Assembly (NCBI GenBank): GCA_018302785.1
Contig: JAGVZF010000034.1
Span: 1 to 57,417, forward strand
Origin: Candidatus Woesearchaeota archaeon
GTDB taxonomy: Archaea; Nanobdellota; Nanobdellia; SCGC-AAA011-G17; JAGVZF01
Direction: 5' to 3'
Length of the DNA stretch: 57,417 bases
Within the stretch, counting starts at the first letter, position 1; the number at the start of each line of letters is the position of its first letter. The notes beneath the pieces are model-generated. The model searched no databases. It was not told the DNA's origin and saw only the letters and a list, made by a program, of their open reading frames with translations. The position numbers and the translations under genes are program-made. This document shows, piece after piece, positions 47,329 through 56,718 of this stretch.

Positions 47329-48771
47329 ATGAAAACCACAATTGAAATAGTAAAGGATTTTGCTCATAAAAAAATAATGGTTATTGGAGATCTGATGTTA
47401 GATAGATATTTATTTGGAGAAGTTTCAAGAATATCCCCAGAAGCACCAATACAAATATTAAACGCACAATATAAGAAATATGCTCCTGGTGGTGCTGCTA
47501 ATTGTGCAGTAAACGCGTCAGCGCTTGGTGCAAAAACATCTATTTATGGAATTACTGGCGATGACCCAAATGGAAGAAAATTAGAATTATTGCTAAAAAA
47601 ACATAATATAGATACAAGTAATATAATATTTACTAAGAAATGCAAAACTATTGTTAAAGAAAGAATTGTATCTAATAATCAACAACTATTAAGAATAGAC
47701 TTTGAGGAACTTAATAGCTATAAGGGCATATCAAAAGATAAATTAATATTTGACATAAAAAAAGACATAAAAAAATTTGATGCTATCCTTGTCTCAGATT
47801 ATGCAAAAGGTCTAATAAATGTTGAAATTATGGAAACAATAAAAAACTCAAAAAAAGAATTTACTCCAATTATAGTAGACCCAAGACCTAAAAATAAAGA
47901 ATTATTTAAAAACGTTACTCTTATAAAACCAAATTTAAAAGAAGCTATGGAAATGTCTCCAAATAATAAATCTGTATATGATATAGGAATATTTTTGGCA
48001 AAAGAACTAAATTCAAATGTTTTAATTAGCAGAGGATCTGAAGGGATGTCCCTATTCTCAAAAGATTTAACTTATAAAGATATTCCAACTGAAGCAAAAG
48101 AAGTAAGAGATGTTTCTGGAGCAGGAGACACAGTAACTTCAACACTTGCATTAGCAATATGTGCAGGAGCTACACTAAATCAAGCTGCTATACTGGCAAA
48201 CCAAGCCGCAAGTATAGTAGTATCAAAATTCGGAACTGCAACAGTAACTCAAAAAGAATTATTAAGTTTAATTTCAACAGAAAATAAGAAAGTAAAAGAC
48301 TTAAATCAATTAAAAGAAATTATTAAAGACTATAAAAAAAGACATAAAAAAATCGTATTTACAAATGGTTGTTTTGATATATTACATCCAGGACATACAA
48401 AATTTTTATCAGAATCTAAGAAATTAGGAGACATCTTAGTAGTAGCCTTAAACAGTGATGAATCCGTTAGAAAATTAAAAGGAACTGGTAGACCAGTAAT
48501 TTCAGAAAAAGAAAGAGCTGAAGTAATATCTTCACTTGAATCAGTTGATTATGTAACTATATTTAAAGAAACTGAACCTTATAAAGTGATATCAGCCCTA
48601 AAACCAGACATTTACACAAAAGGAAAAGTATATTCTATGTCAGAACTTCCTAAAAATGAACTTAAGTCAATAAAAAGTACAAATTGCAAAGTAGTATTTA
48701 TTCCAAAAAAAGAAAATTTTTCTACAACAAATATTTTACAAAAAGTAAATAATTCAAAAAATGGAATCTGA
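47329..48771 (+). CDS. hldE: Bifunctional heptose-7-P kinase / heptose-1-P nucleotidyltransferase
   Basis: GD.MLD.Y..G...RISPEAP, SDYAKG, DVSGAGDT; FTNGCFDILHPGH, NSD.SV..LKG..RP, STT motifs. Confidence 0.96.
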   Translation: MKTTIEIVKDFAHKKIMVIGDLMLDRYLFGEVSRISPEAPIQILNAQYKKYAPGGAANCAVNASALGAKTSIYGITGDDPNGRKLELLLKKHNIDTSNIIFTKKCKTIVKERIVSNNQQLLRIDFEELNSYKGISKDKLIFDIKKDIKKFDAILVSDYAKGLINVEIMETIKNSKKEFTPIIVDPRPKNKELFKNVTLIKPNLKEAMEMSPNNKSVYDIGIFLAKELNSNVLISRGSEGMSLFSKDLTYKDIPTEAKEVRDVSGAGDTVTSTLALAICAGATLNQAAILANQAASIVVSKFGTATVTQKELLSLISTENKKVKDLNQLKEIIKDYKKRHKKIVFTNGCFDILHPGHTKFLSESKKLGDILVVALNSDESVRKLKGTGRPVISEKERAEVISSLESVDYVTIFKETEPYKVISALKPDIYTKGKVYSMSELPKNELKSIKSTNCKVVFIPKKENFSTTNILQKVNNSKNGI

Positions 48772-50323
48772 AGACCAAAATGAAAAACAAAACACGAATG
48801 ATATAACTACAAAGGAAACTAAAGTCGTAAGTAACAATAAAGGATATTTAGCATTATATATAATTATTGCAATATTGATTTTTGCATTTATTCTAAGAAC
48901 ATATTACTTCATAGAAACAAAAGATCAATTAGTATGGTGGGATGAAGCAGAATATCTTGTAAAGGCAAAGTCAATTGCCCTAGGTACATCAGATCAAGGT
49001 TGGAATCCATTAAGAGAATTATTCATGTCATTTTTTTGGGCATTTTTTTATAAATTAGGTGCAACAGAAACTATAATTAGAATAAGTTCATTAATTATAT
49101 CAATCTTGTCAATATTTCTAACTTATTTAGTAGGAAAAGAAATATTTAACAAATACGTCGGATTAATTGCAGCATTTATTATGGCAATTTTAAACCAGCA
49201 TATATTTTTTAGTCTCAGAATGTTGATAGATATTCCTGCTTCTGTATTTTGGTTATCATCAATCTACTTCTTCTGGAAAGGTTATGTAAAAGAGAATAAA
49301 CCAAAATACTTAATTTTATCAGGAGTATTTTTAGCAATTGGTTTTCTTGCTCATTATTCACTTTTATTCCTATTTATTGCTTATGCATTATTTATATTAA
49401 TCACTAAAAATATTAAATTTGTAAAAGACAAAAATATTTGGCTAACATTAGTAACAATAATAATTCTAGTGAGTCCATATATAATATGGTCATTAATAAA
49501 ATATAAAACCCCCCTTCCAAGATATGCTGCAGCATTTGTAAGCGCAGAAACATCAAAATTTACACTTTCTGCATGGGATGTATACATTAAATATCTACCA
49601 CTACATCTTGATATTTTATTATTGCTTATTTTTATAGTAGGTTTAATCTTAATATTAATAAACGTATTATTAAGTCTTGATTTTATAATAAAAGGAAAAG
49701 AAAACTCAACATATAAATATTTATATACTTTACTATGGATTATTGTTCCATTTTTTATTTATACTTATGCAAGTATTGAAGGTGGAGGATATGCAGAACC
49801 AAGGTATTTAATATTAATGCTACCGCAAATAAGTATAATTGCTGCACTAGGACTAGAAAAACTTTATAATTTAATAAAATCAAAAAACAAACTAATTGCT
49901 ATAGCGGCAGTTTTATTAATATTAATATTTTCAATATTTATACAAATTAGAGCTGCAGATTCATTAATCAAGAGTAAATTAGGACTACAGCTTCAAGAAT
50001 TTAAAAATGCTGCTTTTTATGTTAAAGAAAACACAAATAAAAAAGACACCGTAATCATAAATAGCATGCAAATGGAATTATCTTATTACTCAGAAAGAAG
50101 AATACTAGGCTTTGGATTAAATGAAACTACCCTTTTATCTTCGATTAAAAATCAAAATGCTAAATATATCTTGCTAAATGCCCTATATCCATCAGAGCAA
50201 TGGATGTACGAATTTCCATCAAAACATCAAGATATATTAGAACTAGAACAAGCATATTTTGCAGATAAAGAAAAAACACAGCCCATTGCAGCAATATACA
50301 AAATAAAATCTACGAATCCTTAA
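48761..50323 (+). CDS. GT-C membrane glycosyltransferase (ArnT/PMT_2-like, lipid-P-sugar donor)
   Basis: WWDEAEY after TM1, R...D.P, EPRY...P motifs; about 13 TM and a C-terminal soluble domain. Confidence 0.88.
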   Translation: MESEDQNEKQNTNDITTKETKVVSNNKGYLALYIIIAILIFAFILRTYYFIETKDQLVWWDEAEYLVKAKSIALGTSDQGWNPLRELFMSFFWAFFYKLGATETIIRISSLIISILSIFLTYLVGKEIFNKYVGLIAAFIMAILNQHIFFSLRMLIDIPASVFWLSSIYFFWKGYVKENKPKYLILSGVFLAIGFLAHYSLLFLFIAYALFILITKNIKFVKDKNIWLTLVTIIILVSPYIIWSLIKYKTPLPRYAAAFVSAETSKFTLSAWDVYIKYLPLHLDILLLLIFIVGLILILINVLLSLDFIIKGKENSTYKYLYTLLWIIVPFFIYTYASIEGGGYAEPRYLILMLPQISIIAALGLEKLYNLIKSKNKLIAIAAVLLILIFSIFIQIRAADSLIKSKLGLQLQEFKNAAFYVKENTNKKDTVIINSMQMELSYYSERRILGFGLNETTLLSSIKNQNAKYILLNALYPSEQWMYEFPSKHQDILELEQAYFADKEKTQPIAAIYKIKSTNP

Positions 50324-51319
50324 TTACTGACTTTAAAGAATTTACAACCTTCATAATATCTATAAACTTTAAACAGTTATAATGCTCAAATCTACATTCT
50401 AATTTATTACCAACCATGTAACATGGTCTACAAAACAATGGTAAGTACACTACAATATTTTTGTTTCCAGTAGGAGCAGTTCTAATAGGATCATTAGGAC
50501 CCTCTATAACTACAGTAGGAACGTTAACAGCTGAAGCTATATTCATTAATCCAGTATCATTAGTCAAAAATGCATCACATTTAGATATTATAGCAGCTGT
50601 ATCTAATGTATTGGCTTCATTAACAATATAAGAATTATTTACTCTATTTTTTATGTAATCCTTTAACTCTTTTTCATTTGACCCGCCAAATAAAAGAAAT
50701 TTGCCTTTCATATCTTTAGATAACAAATTAGCAGTTTCTACAAAATTATCTTTATTCCATCTCTTATTTATCATTCCAGCTTGCTCACTAGATCCAGCAT
50801 GTATCCCGATTATCTTATCATTCTTAGATATTTTATTAATTCTAAAGAATTCATTTGCATAATCCATATTTTCAGGTGCTAAACATAAATCTAATTTCTT
50901 ATCAAACTTATTTTCTTTTATGCCAATTAAAGAGATTAATCTTAAATTCTCATCAATCTCATGGACATTTCTGTCTAATGGTATTCTTTTTGTAAATAAA
51001 AAACTAATTTTACTACCGCAAAGGAAACTTACCCCAGTGTAATAATAATTATTAGCTGGATAAGGCATAACAGAGATATCATATTTATTTCTCCTTAATT
51101 TTAATACAAATAAAAATGATTTAATATATCCATTTTTCTGGAATTCCCATAAAATTAATTTATCTATATTAGGGTTATCCTTCAATATTTCCATTACAGA
51201 TTTATACATAACTAAAACAGTAATTCTGCATTAGGAAATGATTTTCTAATAGCTCTTAAAGTAGGAGTAAATAATAAAGCATTTCCTAATCCTGGTAACA
51301 AATGTATTAATATTTTCAT
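50310..51319 (-). pseudogene. GT9 heptosyltransferase-like gene with a 1-nt frameshift near 51224 and an apparent in-frame deletion
   Basis: ATG 51319 (ATGA-coupled) gives MKILIHLLPGLGNALLFTPTLRAIRKSFPNAE; one added base joins ITVLV-MYKSV of ORF 50310..51209, which has HAG...K.W, NDTGLM.IA and C.PC motifs. Confidence 0.8.
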
Positions 51320-52077
51320 TTTCTAAAAAAATTATCGTGAATTTTATCATATGCTTTAACAACAAATATAAATCTAGAATAAATTAACCTTAATCTTATC
51401 ATAGATAAAAACATTTGCCATGATGTCTTTGCAACTTTTAATTTAGATCCTTCTTGATCATACCATGTAGTAGGAATCTCAATAACCTTAAAATCTTTTT
51501 TCCTTAACAAATATAATAGATCAACATCAAATCCCCATTGAGTTATACCTAAATCGTTTACAACAGATTTAACTGCTTTATTAGAAAATAATTTAGCGCC
51601 ACATTGAGTGTCTCTAATATTAATTCCAAATAAAATTCTTATAAGTAAATTAAAAGCTCTACTAGCAACTCTTCTTTGTAAGGGTTGTTTTCTATTGATT
51701 ATAGCTCCATTAATCCATCTTGATGCAACAATTCCATCAAAATTCTTCAATTTAACAATTAAATCATAATAAGCATCAGGCACAGTAGCCATATCAGCAT
51801 CAACAAATCCTATCAAATCTCCATTAACTCTCTTAAAACCTTCTATAATTGCACCACCCTTACCAATTTTTCCAGAGACATTTACATATTTAATTTGTTT
51901 ATATTGTCTAGATATTTTATCTACAACACCTATTGTGTTATCATTACTTCCATTTATAACTACAAATATTTCAAAGTCTTTACTATAGATTCTATTAAAA
52001 TAGTCATAATAACTAATAAGTGTATTTTCTATTCTCTTTTCTTCATTATAAGCTGGTATTACTATTGAAAGTTTCAT
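51316..52077 (-). CDS. GT2 polyprenol-phosphate glycosyltransferase (Alg5/AglJ-like)
   Basis: SIVIPAYNEEKRI, GKG.AI..G, F.DAD, ASR, DTQCGAK.F, W.FDVD motifs. Confidence 0.92.
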   Translation of the reverse strand: MKLSIVIPAYNEEKRIENTLISYYDYFNRIYSKDFEIFVVINGSNDNTIGVVDKISRQYKQIKYVNVSGKIGKGGAIIEGFKRVNGDLIGFVDADMATVPDAYYDLIVKLKNFDGIVASRWINGAIINRKQPLQRRVASRAFNLLIRILFGINIRDTQCGAKLFSNKAVKSVVNDLGITQWGFDVDLLYLLRKKDFKVIEIPTTWYDQEGSKLKVAKTSWQMFLSMIRLRLIYSRFIFVVKAYDKIHDNFFRK

Positions 52078-53326
52078 TTTTGTTGCTCAACATTGTATAG
52101 ATAAACATTAAAATAAATAATGCCAATGATAAATAAAATAAGACATTTACAACTTGACTTATTGATTGATGATAAATATAAAGTAATACAATTTCAATTA
52201 TATTAAACAATAACAAAATATAAATAAATGATTTTTTACGTAAGGACAAATTATAAAATATTAAAACGTAAATTAATGATAGTAAACTCATAAAAACTGC
52301 AAATTTTCCAAGTAAAGGAACAATATTCAAATATTCTTTACCGAATAATAAGTTTACTGTAAAACCTGGGAAAAAATAATAAAACAAAACAGAAACAAAG
52401 CAAAATAAGAATACTATTAATAAAGACTTAAGTAATATATTTCTAGTTCCAATCTTTTTAGAATTAAGTTCAATTACCTTAGGGAACATAACATAAACAA
52501 TAGAAATAGATCCAAAATACACTACTTTTCCTAACATTGCCAGCGCAGCATAATATCCGGCTTCAATATTATTAAAGAAATGTTTAACTAAAAAGATGTC
52601 TAAACTAAACATCAAAGTAATACTCATCATAGCAATCAATACAGGTATTGAATAATCAAATATATCCCTAGTTTTATACATCTTTTCACCCTTCCCAATA
52701 TACAATCTTAATGTAATCAAAGTCAACAAGAAAGGAATTAAATATGATAGTATAATAGCAAACATAGCCCCTTTAACAGCAAATCCTATTAATACTAAAA
52801 CTAATCCGAAAGTTAGCTTAACAAATCCTTGTATTATCATACTATATCCTAAAGATTTAAAAAATTGTAGACCTTGCATTATTCCCCATGTAACTGCTAA
52901 TAATAGGGAAACAATAAACAAAAATCCAGATAATACAATTAAACTAATTTCATCTATTTTGAGAAAGTTAGCAATAAACTTAGAAAACAAAATATAAATT
53001 ATAAAAATTATAAGACTATAAATAAAAATTTTCTTTAAAGAAGAAGTCAAAAGACGTTTTATCGCTTCCCTATTATTATTAGCTATTAATTGTGATGTAA
53101 AATTTGCAATTGTAGTTTGTATTGTATTAAATGGCACATTAATAATATATAATATTGTTAACAAAGCCCCTAATACACCATAAGAAGCAGGTCCTAAAAT
53201 TCTACCAACAAAGAAATGAAAAAAATAGCCAGCAGCATTAGTAATTAAAGAACAAACAAAAATAAAAATACTATATTTATAAAAATTATCCTTACTTTTT
53301 TCCTTTATATTATTCATAAATTTCAT
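52046..53326 (-). CDS. Oligosaccharide flippase (MOP/Wzx family)
   Basis: About 12 TM; R.LGP..YG, G..QG.Q.F, D...VKHF....AG.YAA, FP motifs. Confidence 0.88.
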   Translation of the reverse strand: MKFMNNIKEKSKDNFYKYSIFIFVCSLITNAAGYFFHFFVGRILGPASYGVLGALLTILYIINVPFNTIQTTIANFTSQLIANNNREAIKRLLTSSLKKIFIYSLIIFIIYILFSKFIANFLKIDEISLIVLSGFLFIVSLLLAVTWGIMQGLQFFKSLGYSMIIQGFVKLTFGLVLVLIGFAVKGAMFAIILSYLIPFLLTLITLRLYIGKGEKMYKTRDIFDYSIPVLIAMMSITLMFSLDIFLVKHFFNNIEAGYYAALAMLGKVVYFGSISIVYVMFPKVIELNSKKIGTRNILLKSLLIVFLFCFVSVLFYYFFPGFTVNLLFGKEYLNIVPLLGKFAVFMSLLSLIYVLIFYNLSLRKKSFIYILLLFNIIEIVLLYIYHQSISQVVNVLFYLSLALFILMFIYTMLSNKNETFNSNTSL

Positions 53327-53329
53327 AAA

Positions 53330-54313
53330 TTAGAAAAACCATATTAAACTTGCGAAAATTACCTCTATTATAATCATAAAATAGGTTATTTGCTTTTCTG
53401 TATACTTCCCAGTTCTACTAAATATATGGGGTAAAGAATATATTTTAGAATAGAAAGATTGAATCTTTCCATTTTTATAATATCCATAGCTATTAGCATT
53501 AAACTTAGCCCTAAACTTTAAGAAAAACTCAATAATAAATGGAATAGAAATAAACAAAGCCACTTTCTCCATATTCCCTAATATAGCTATAGAAGCAATT
53601 ATAGCACCTAATAAATATGTAAGAGAATCTCCAGGAAGTATTTTTGCAGGAACTTTATTAAATATAAAAAATGCTAATAAAGCCATAAATGTTACTAATG
53701 CTATAACCGCAGCTATATAACTTCCATGAGTATAAGCATACAGTCCTAAACTTAAAGTATAAATTAAGCCCATTCCAGCTTCCATACCATTAAAACCAGC
53801 TAATATATTTACCATATTAGCAGCTACAACAATTCCAATAGGGATAAATATCAAAGGATAAATAATACCTAAGTCAATAACCTCAAAAAAAGGAAGTTTT
53901 ATCTTAGTAAACCCAACATTTATAACAGCTAATGGAATTGCAGCAGGAATAGTTAATAAAGGCTTTTGCCATTGTTTTAGACCACTAGAACTAGAGCTAT
54001 TTCTATGTATAATAGAATCATCAACAAATCCTATAAAGGTTATTAATAAAATAGTTGTAATCGCCCCAAACAAACCAAGTGACATAGAATTATTATTATA
54101 AATAAAAGTTTGAACAAAAATAAAAAACATTAAACCCATAAAAATTCCTGCCATTACAGCTAATCCACCAGAAACAGGAATTAATGGCTTATCTTCTTTA
54201 TTCATATCAGGAACAGTCATTCCTATTCTTCTTAGATATCTAATTAACCATTTTATACAAAGATATGTAGTAATAAACCCTAAAACTCCAGAAAGAAAAA
54301 TCTCTATTAGCAT
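53330..54313 (-). CDS. UDP-GlcNAc:polyprenol-P GlcNAc-1-P transferase (GPT/Alg7/AglH-like, MraY superfamily)
   Basis: DMNK...P..P.SGG, GF.DD, N.VN.LAG.NG.EAG, N..PAKI.PGD motifs. Confidence 0.9.
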   Translation of the reverse strand: MLIEIFLSGVLGFITTYLCIKWLIRYLRRIGMTVPDMNKEDKPLIPVSGGLAVMAGIFMGLMFFIFVQTFIYNNNSMSLGLFGAITTILLITFIGFVDDSIIHRNSSSSSGLKQWQKPLLTIPAAIPLAVINVGFTKIKLPFFEVIDLGIIYPLIFIPIGIVVAANMVNILAGFNGMEAGMGLIYTLSLGLYAYTHGSYIAAVIALVTFMALLAFFIFNKVPAKILPGDSLTYLLGAIIASIAILGNMEKVALFISIPFIIEFFLKFRAKFNANSYGYYKNGKIQSFYSKIYSLPHIFSRTGKYTEKQITYFMIIIEVIFASLIWFF

Positions 54314-54465
54314 ATAATTTTTTTCACAAGAAACCTTAAAAATCTTTCTAAATAAGTAGGTAAAGGTCTACTTTAATCTTATTAGTTATAGTATATAATA
54401 AGTTTTATAATGATTTCTATATGAAGTACTATTTACAGAAGAAGAATCAAAAAAATTAATAGAAA

Positions 54466-55980
54466 CTACTTAAATTTAGGTATCATTGTCTTGATAAGCA
54501 TCAAATCATCTTTACTAACTGATTTAAACAATAACAAGAATACAAAATAAATAATTAAGCTAATTATACCTATTAATCCTAAAGATATCCATGCAACATC
54601 TATCTTCAGAAAATCCTTTAACAAAAATCCAACAAAAAAAGCAATTAATGCTGCAGATAATGCTCTTAATAACACATTACTAAATGGATGCATTTTTGTA
54701 CATAAATATGTCTTTATAGTTAATGTAATATACCAAACAACAAAAGTAACAACTGCTGCAATTGCAGCACCCATCATACCATATTTAGGAATTAAAGTTA
54801 AATTCAAAACAACATTTAATATTGTAACGAAAATACTATTAAATAAAATAAATTTAGTTTGTTTTATACTTTGAAGAACTCCACTTGGTTGCTGTAATAG
54901 AGAATAAATAAAATATCCAAAACTTAAAACAATTAAAACTAAATATGCTTGCATATAATCAGGTCCAAATAAAACAAGCAATACTTCCTTCGGAAACAAA
55001 ATTAATATTAACAAAACTGGAAGATTCAAAAAGAAAATCCATTTACTTGTAGTTTTATATATTCTAGCAACTTCATCTTTACTTTCTTTTGCATAAAGTT
55101 CAGTAATTATAGGAACAAAAAGAAAAGTTATAGTAGTAGATGCAATTAAAAGCAAACCTGCCATCGGAAGTGCAGCATTATACAATCCAACTTCAGAAGC
55201 ACTCTTAAAAATACCTATAAATATATTATCACCCCAGCTTTGTACCATACCTATTATTGAAACAAATGTTAATGGCCATGTATAAGCTGCAAGTTCCTTA
55301 AAATTCTTAATAGCTTTAATATTACTTTTAAAGATTGGAAAAACTTTTTTTTGTACTAAATAAATAAAAATTATTGCGCTTGATGCTAAAGCTATTACAT
55401 ATCCATAAACAGCTCCAAGTAATCCTAAACCTAGTAAAAATAAAATTAAAGTTACAATAAACTGAATTCCTGACTCAGAAACGTTTCTAACAAAAATGTT
55501 ATATTTAACTCTCTGAAACGCTTGCGTAACACTCTCTAGATTACTAACTACCACAACAATAGGTATAAGTAAAGAAAAAATCCTTAAAATAGGAATTAAT
55601 GCCTCGTTATGGAATATCCCATTAGCAATATTACTAGAAAATATAAATAATATTACCATTAACAAAATTCCTAAAGGTAAAGTAATCTTTAAACTAGACA
55701 AAATTGTTCCTTTAATTCTTGCTGAATCATTTTTTCCTTTATAAAAAGAAACAAATCTTAGGACTCCAGATGGAAATCCTAATAATGCTACAGCAGTAAA
55801 AAATCCCACAACAGCAAATCCCAAATTTAATAATCCATAAGAATCAGGCCCTAAATATCTTGCTACAATTAATCTATAAAGATAGTTGAATATCTTAGAT
55901 AAAATCATACCGGCTAAAACAATCATAGAACCTTTTGCAATTTTTTCTAATTCTTTGTCAACCATGTGTCTAACTGCCAA
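54466..55980 (-). CDS. Oligosaccharide flippase (MOP/Wzx, AglR-like); true start may be ATG 55965
   Basis: About 14 TM; AR.LGP..YG, D...IG......VG.YNAA, N..LN..LIP.YG..GAA.A motifs. Confidence 0.9.
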   Translation of the reverse strand: MAVRHMVDKELEKIAKGSMIVLAGMILSKIFNYLYRLIVARYLGPDSYGLLNLGFAVVGFFTAVALLGFPSGVLRFVSFYKGKNDSARIKGTILSSLKITLPLGILLMVILFIFSSNIANGIFHNEALIPILRIFSLLIPIVVVVSNLESVTQAFQRVKYNIFVRNVSESGIQFIVTLILFLLGLGLLGAVYGYVIALASSAIIFIYLVQKKVFPIFKSNIKAIKNFKELAAYTWPLTFVSIIGMVQSWGDNIFIGIFKSASEVGLYNAALPMAGLLLIASTTITFLFVPIITELYAKESKDEVARIYKTTSKWIFFLNLPVLLILILFPKEVLLVLFGPDYMQAYLVLIVLSFGYFIYSLLQQPSGVLQSIKQTKFILFNSIFVTILNVVLNLTLIPKYGMMGAAIAAVVTFVVWYITLTIKTYLCTKMHPFSNVLLRALSAALIAFFVGFLLKDFLKIDVAWISLGLIGIISLIIYFVFLLLFKSVSKDDLMLIKTMIPKFK

Positions 55981-56015
55981 ATAAACTTTATATAAAACTT
56001 TTCTTTAATTAATAA

Positions 56016-56678
56016 CTACTTTCTATAATCTGTTAATCTACTATAATATTCCAAGCAATGTTCTGTTTCTTTAGAAAGATTCATTTTATCTCTTTTTATA
56101 CCAATTATAAAAATGTTATCTGCAAAGTTCCCAATATTAAAGGGAAAATATAAACTAAACTCCCATTTTATTAGCCTATTGGGAGATAAACTTATAACTT
56201 TTGTATCCTCATCTTTAATATTAAACCCACATTCTGAAACAATCTTTTTAAGTAACTTAACATTAAAATCTTTTAAATGTGAGGAATAAGCATTTGCACA
56301 ATTAGAAGGAAGCTTTCCGAAGATCATATATATTCTACTTTTAATTCCACAAATATTAGGAGTAGTCAAAACAAATATACCATTATCTTTTAAAACTCTA
56401 TGACATTCCACAACAAAAAATATAGGATTAGTCATATGCTCTATTATTTCTCCAGCAATTACAACATCATAAGAATTATCTTTTTGAGGGATTCCATTTT
56501 CCAAGTTAGCGATTATATCACTCCCCCTATCAAAGAAATCAATATCTACAACTTTATTATTTCTAGCTTCAATCTTAGCTTTTTCTTCTTTTGCAATTCC
56601 ACCTAAATTCAATACTTTTTTCCCAGTTCCAATTCTATTAATTATCCAATCCCACCTATATCTATGAAATTTTTCCAT
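56016..56678 (-). CDS. Class I SAM-dependent methyltransferase
   Basis: VLNLGG, YDVVI.GE.IEH, E..RVLK..G...LTTPN motifs. Confidence 0.85.
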   Translation of the reverse strand: MEKFHRYRWDWIINRIGTGKKVLNLGGIAKEEKAKIEARNNKVVDIDFFDRGSDIIANLENGIPQKDNSYDVVIAGEIIEHMTNPIFFVVECHRVLKDNGIFVLTTPNICGIKSRIYMIFGKLPSNCANAYSSHLKDFNVKLLKKIVSECGFNIKDEDTKVISLSPNRLIKWEFSLYFPFNIGNFADNIFIIGIKRDKMNLSKETEHCLEYYSRLTDYRK

Positions 56679-56718
56679 TTTTAATAACTAAAAGATAATT
56701 TTTATAAAAGTTTGCTTA

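Noticed and set aside
15011-52077. A complete Arn-like (L-Ara4N) pathway made of the formyltransferase, DegT, GT2, GT-C and EamA pair
   Set aside because: The genes are scattered, there is no ArnD deformylase, and the SDR looks like a 4,6-dehydratase rather than the ArnA decarboxylase.
54410-54473. Short plus-strand frame YEVLFTEEESKKLIETT, faintly like a RelE N-terminus
   Set aside because: No in-frame start, too short, and no antitoxin partner.
5261-56606. Short overlapping ORFs in the track (e.g. 5261, 5499, 9612, 11230, 11287, 14309, 15172, 18965, 23608, 24142, 24276, 25144, 28167, 29258, 30237, 31862, 34598, 41259, 41601, 42833, 43794, 44301, 44592, 46575, 46777, 49381, 56400)
   Set aside because: They are antisense or out-of-frame shadows of well-supported genes, with no motifs or expression signals.
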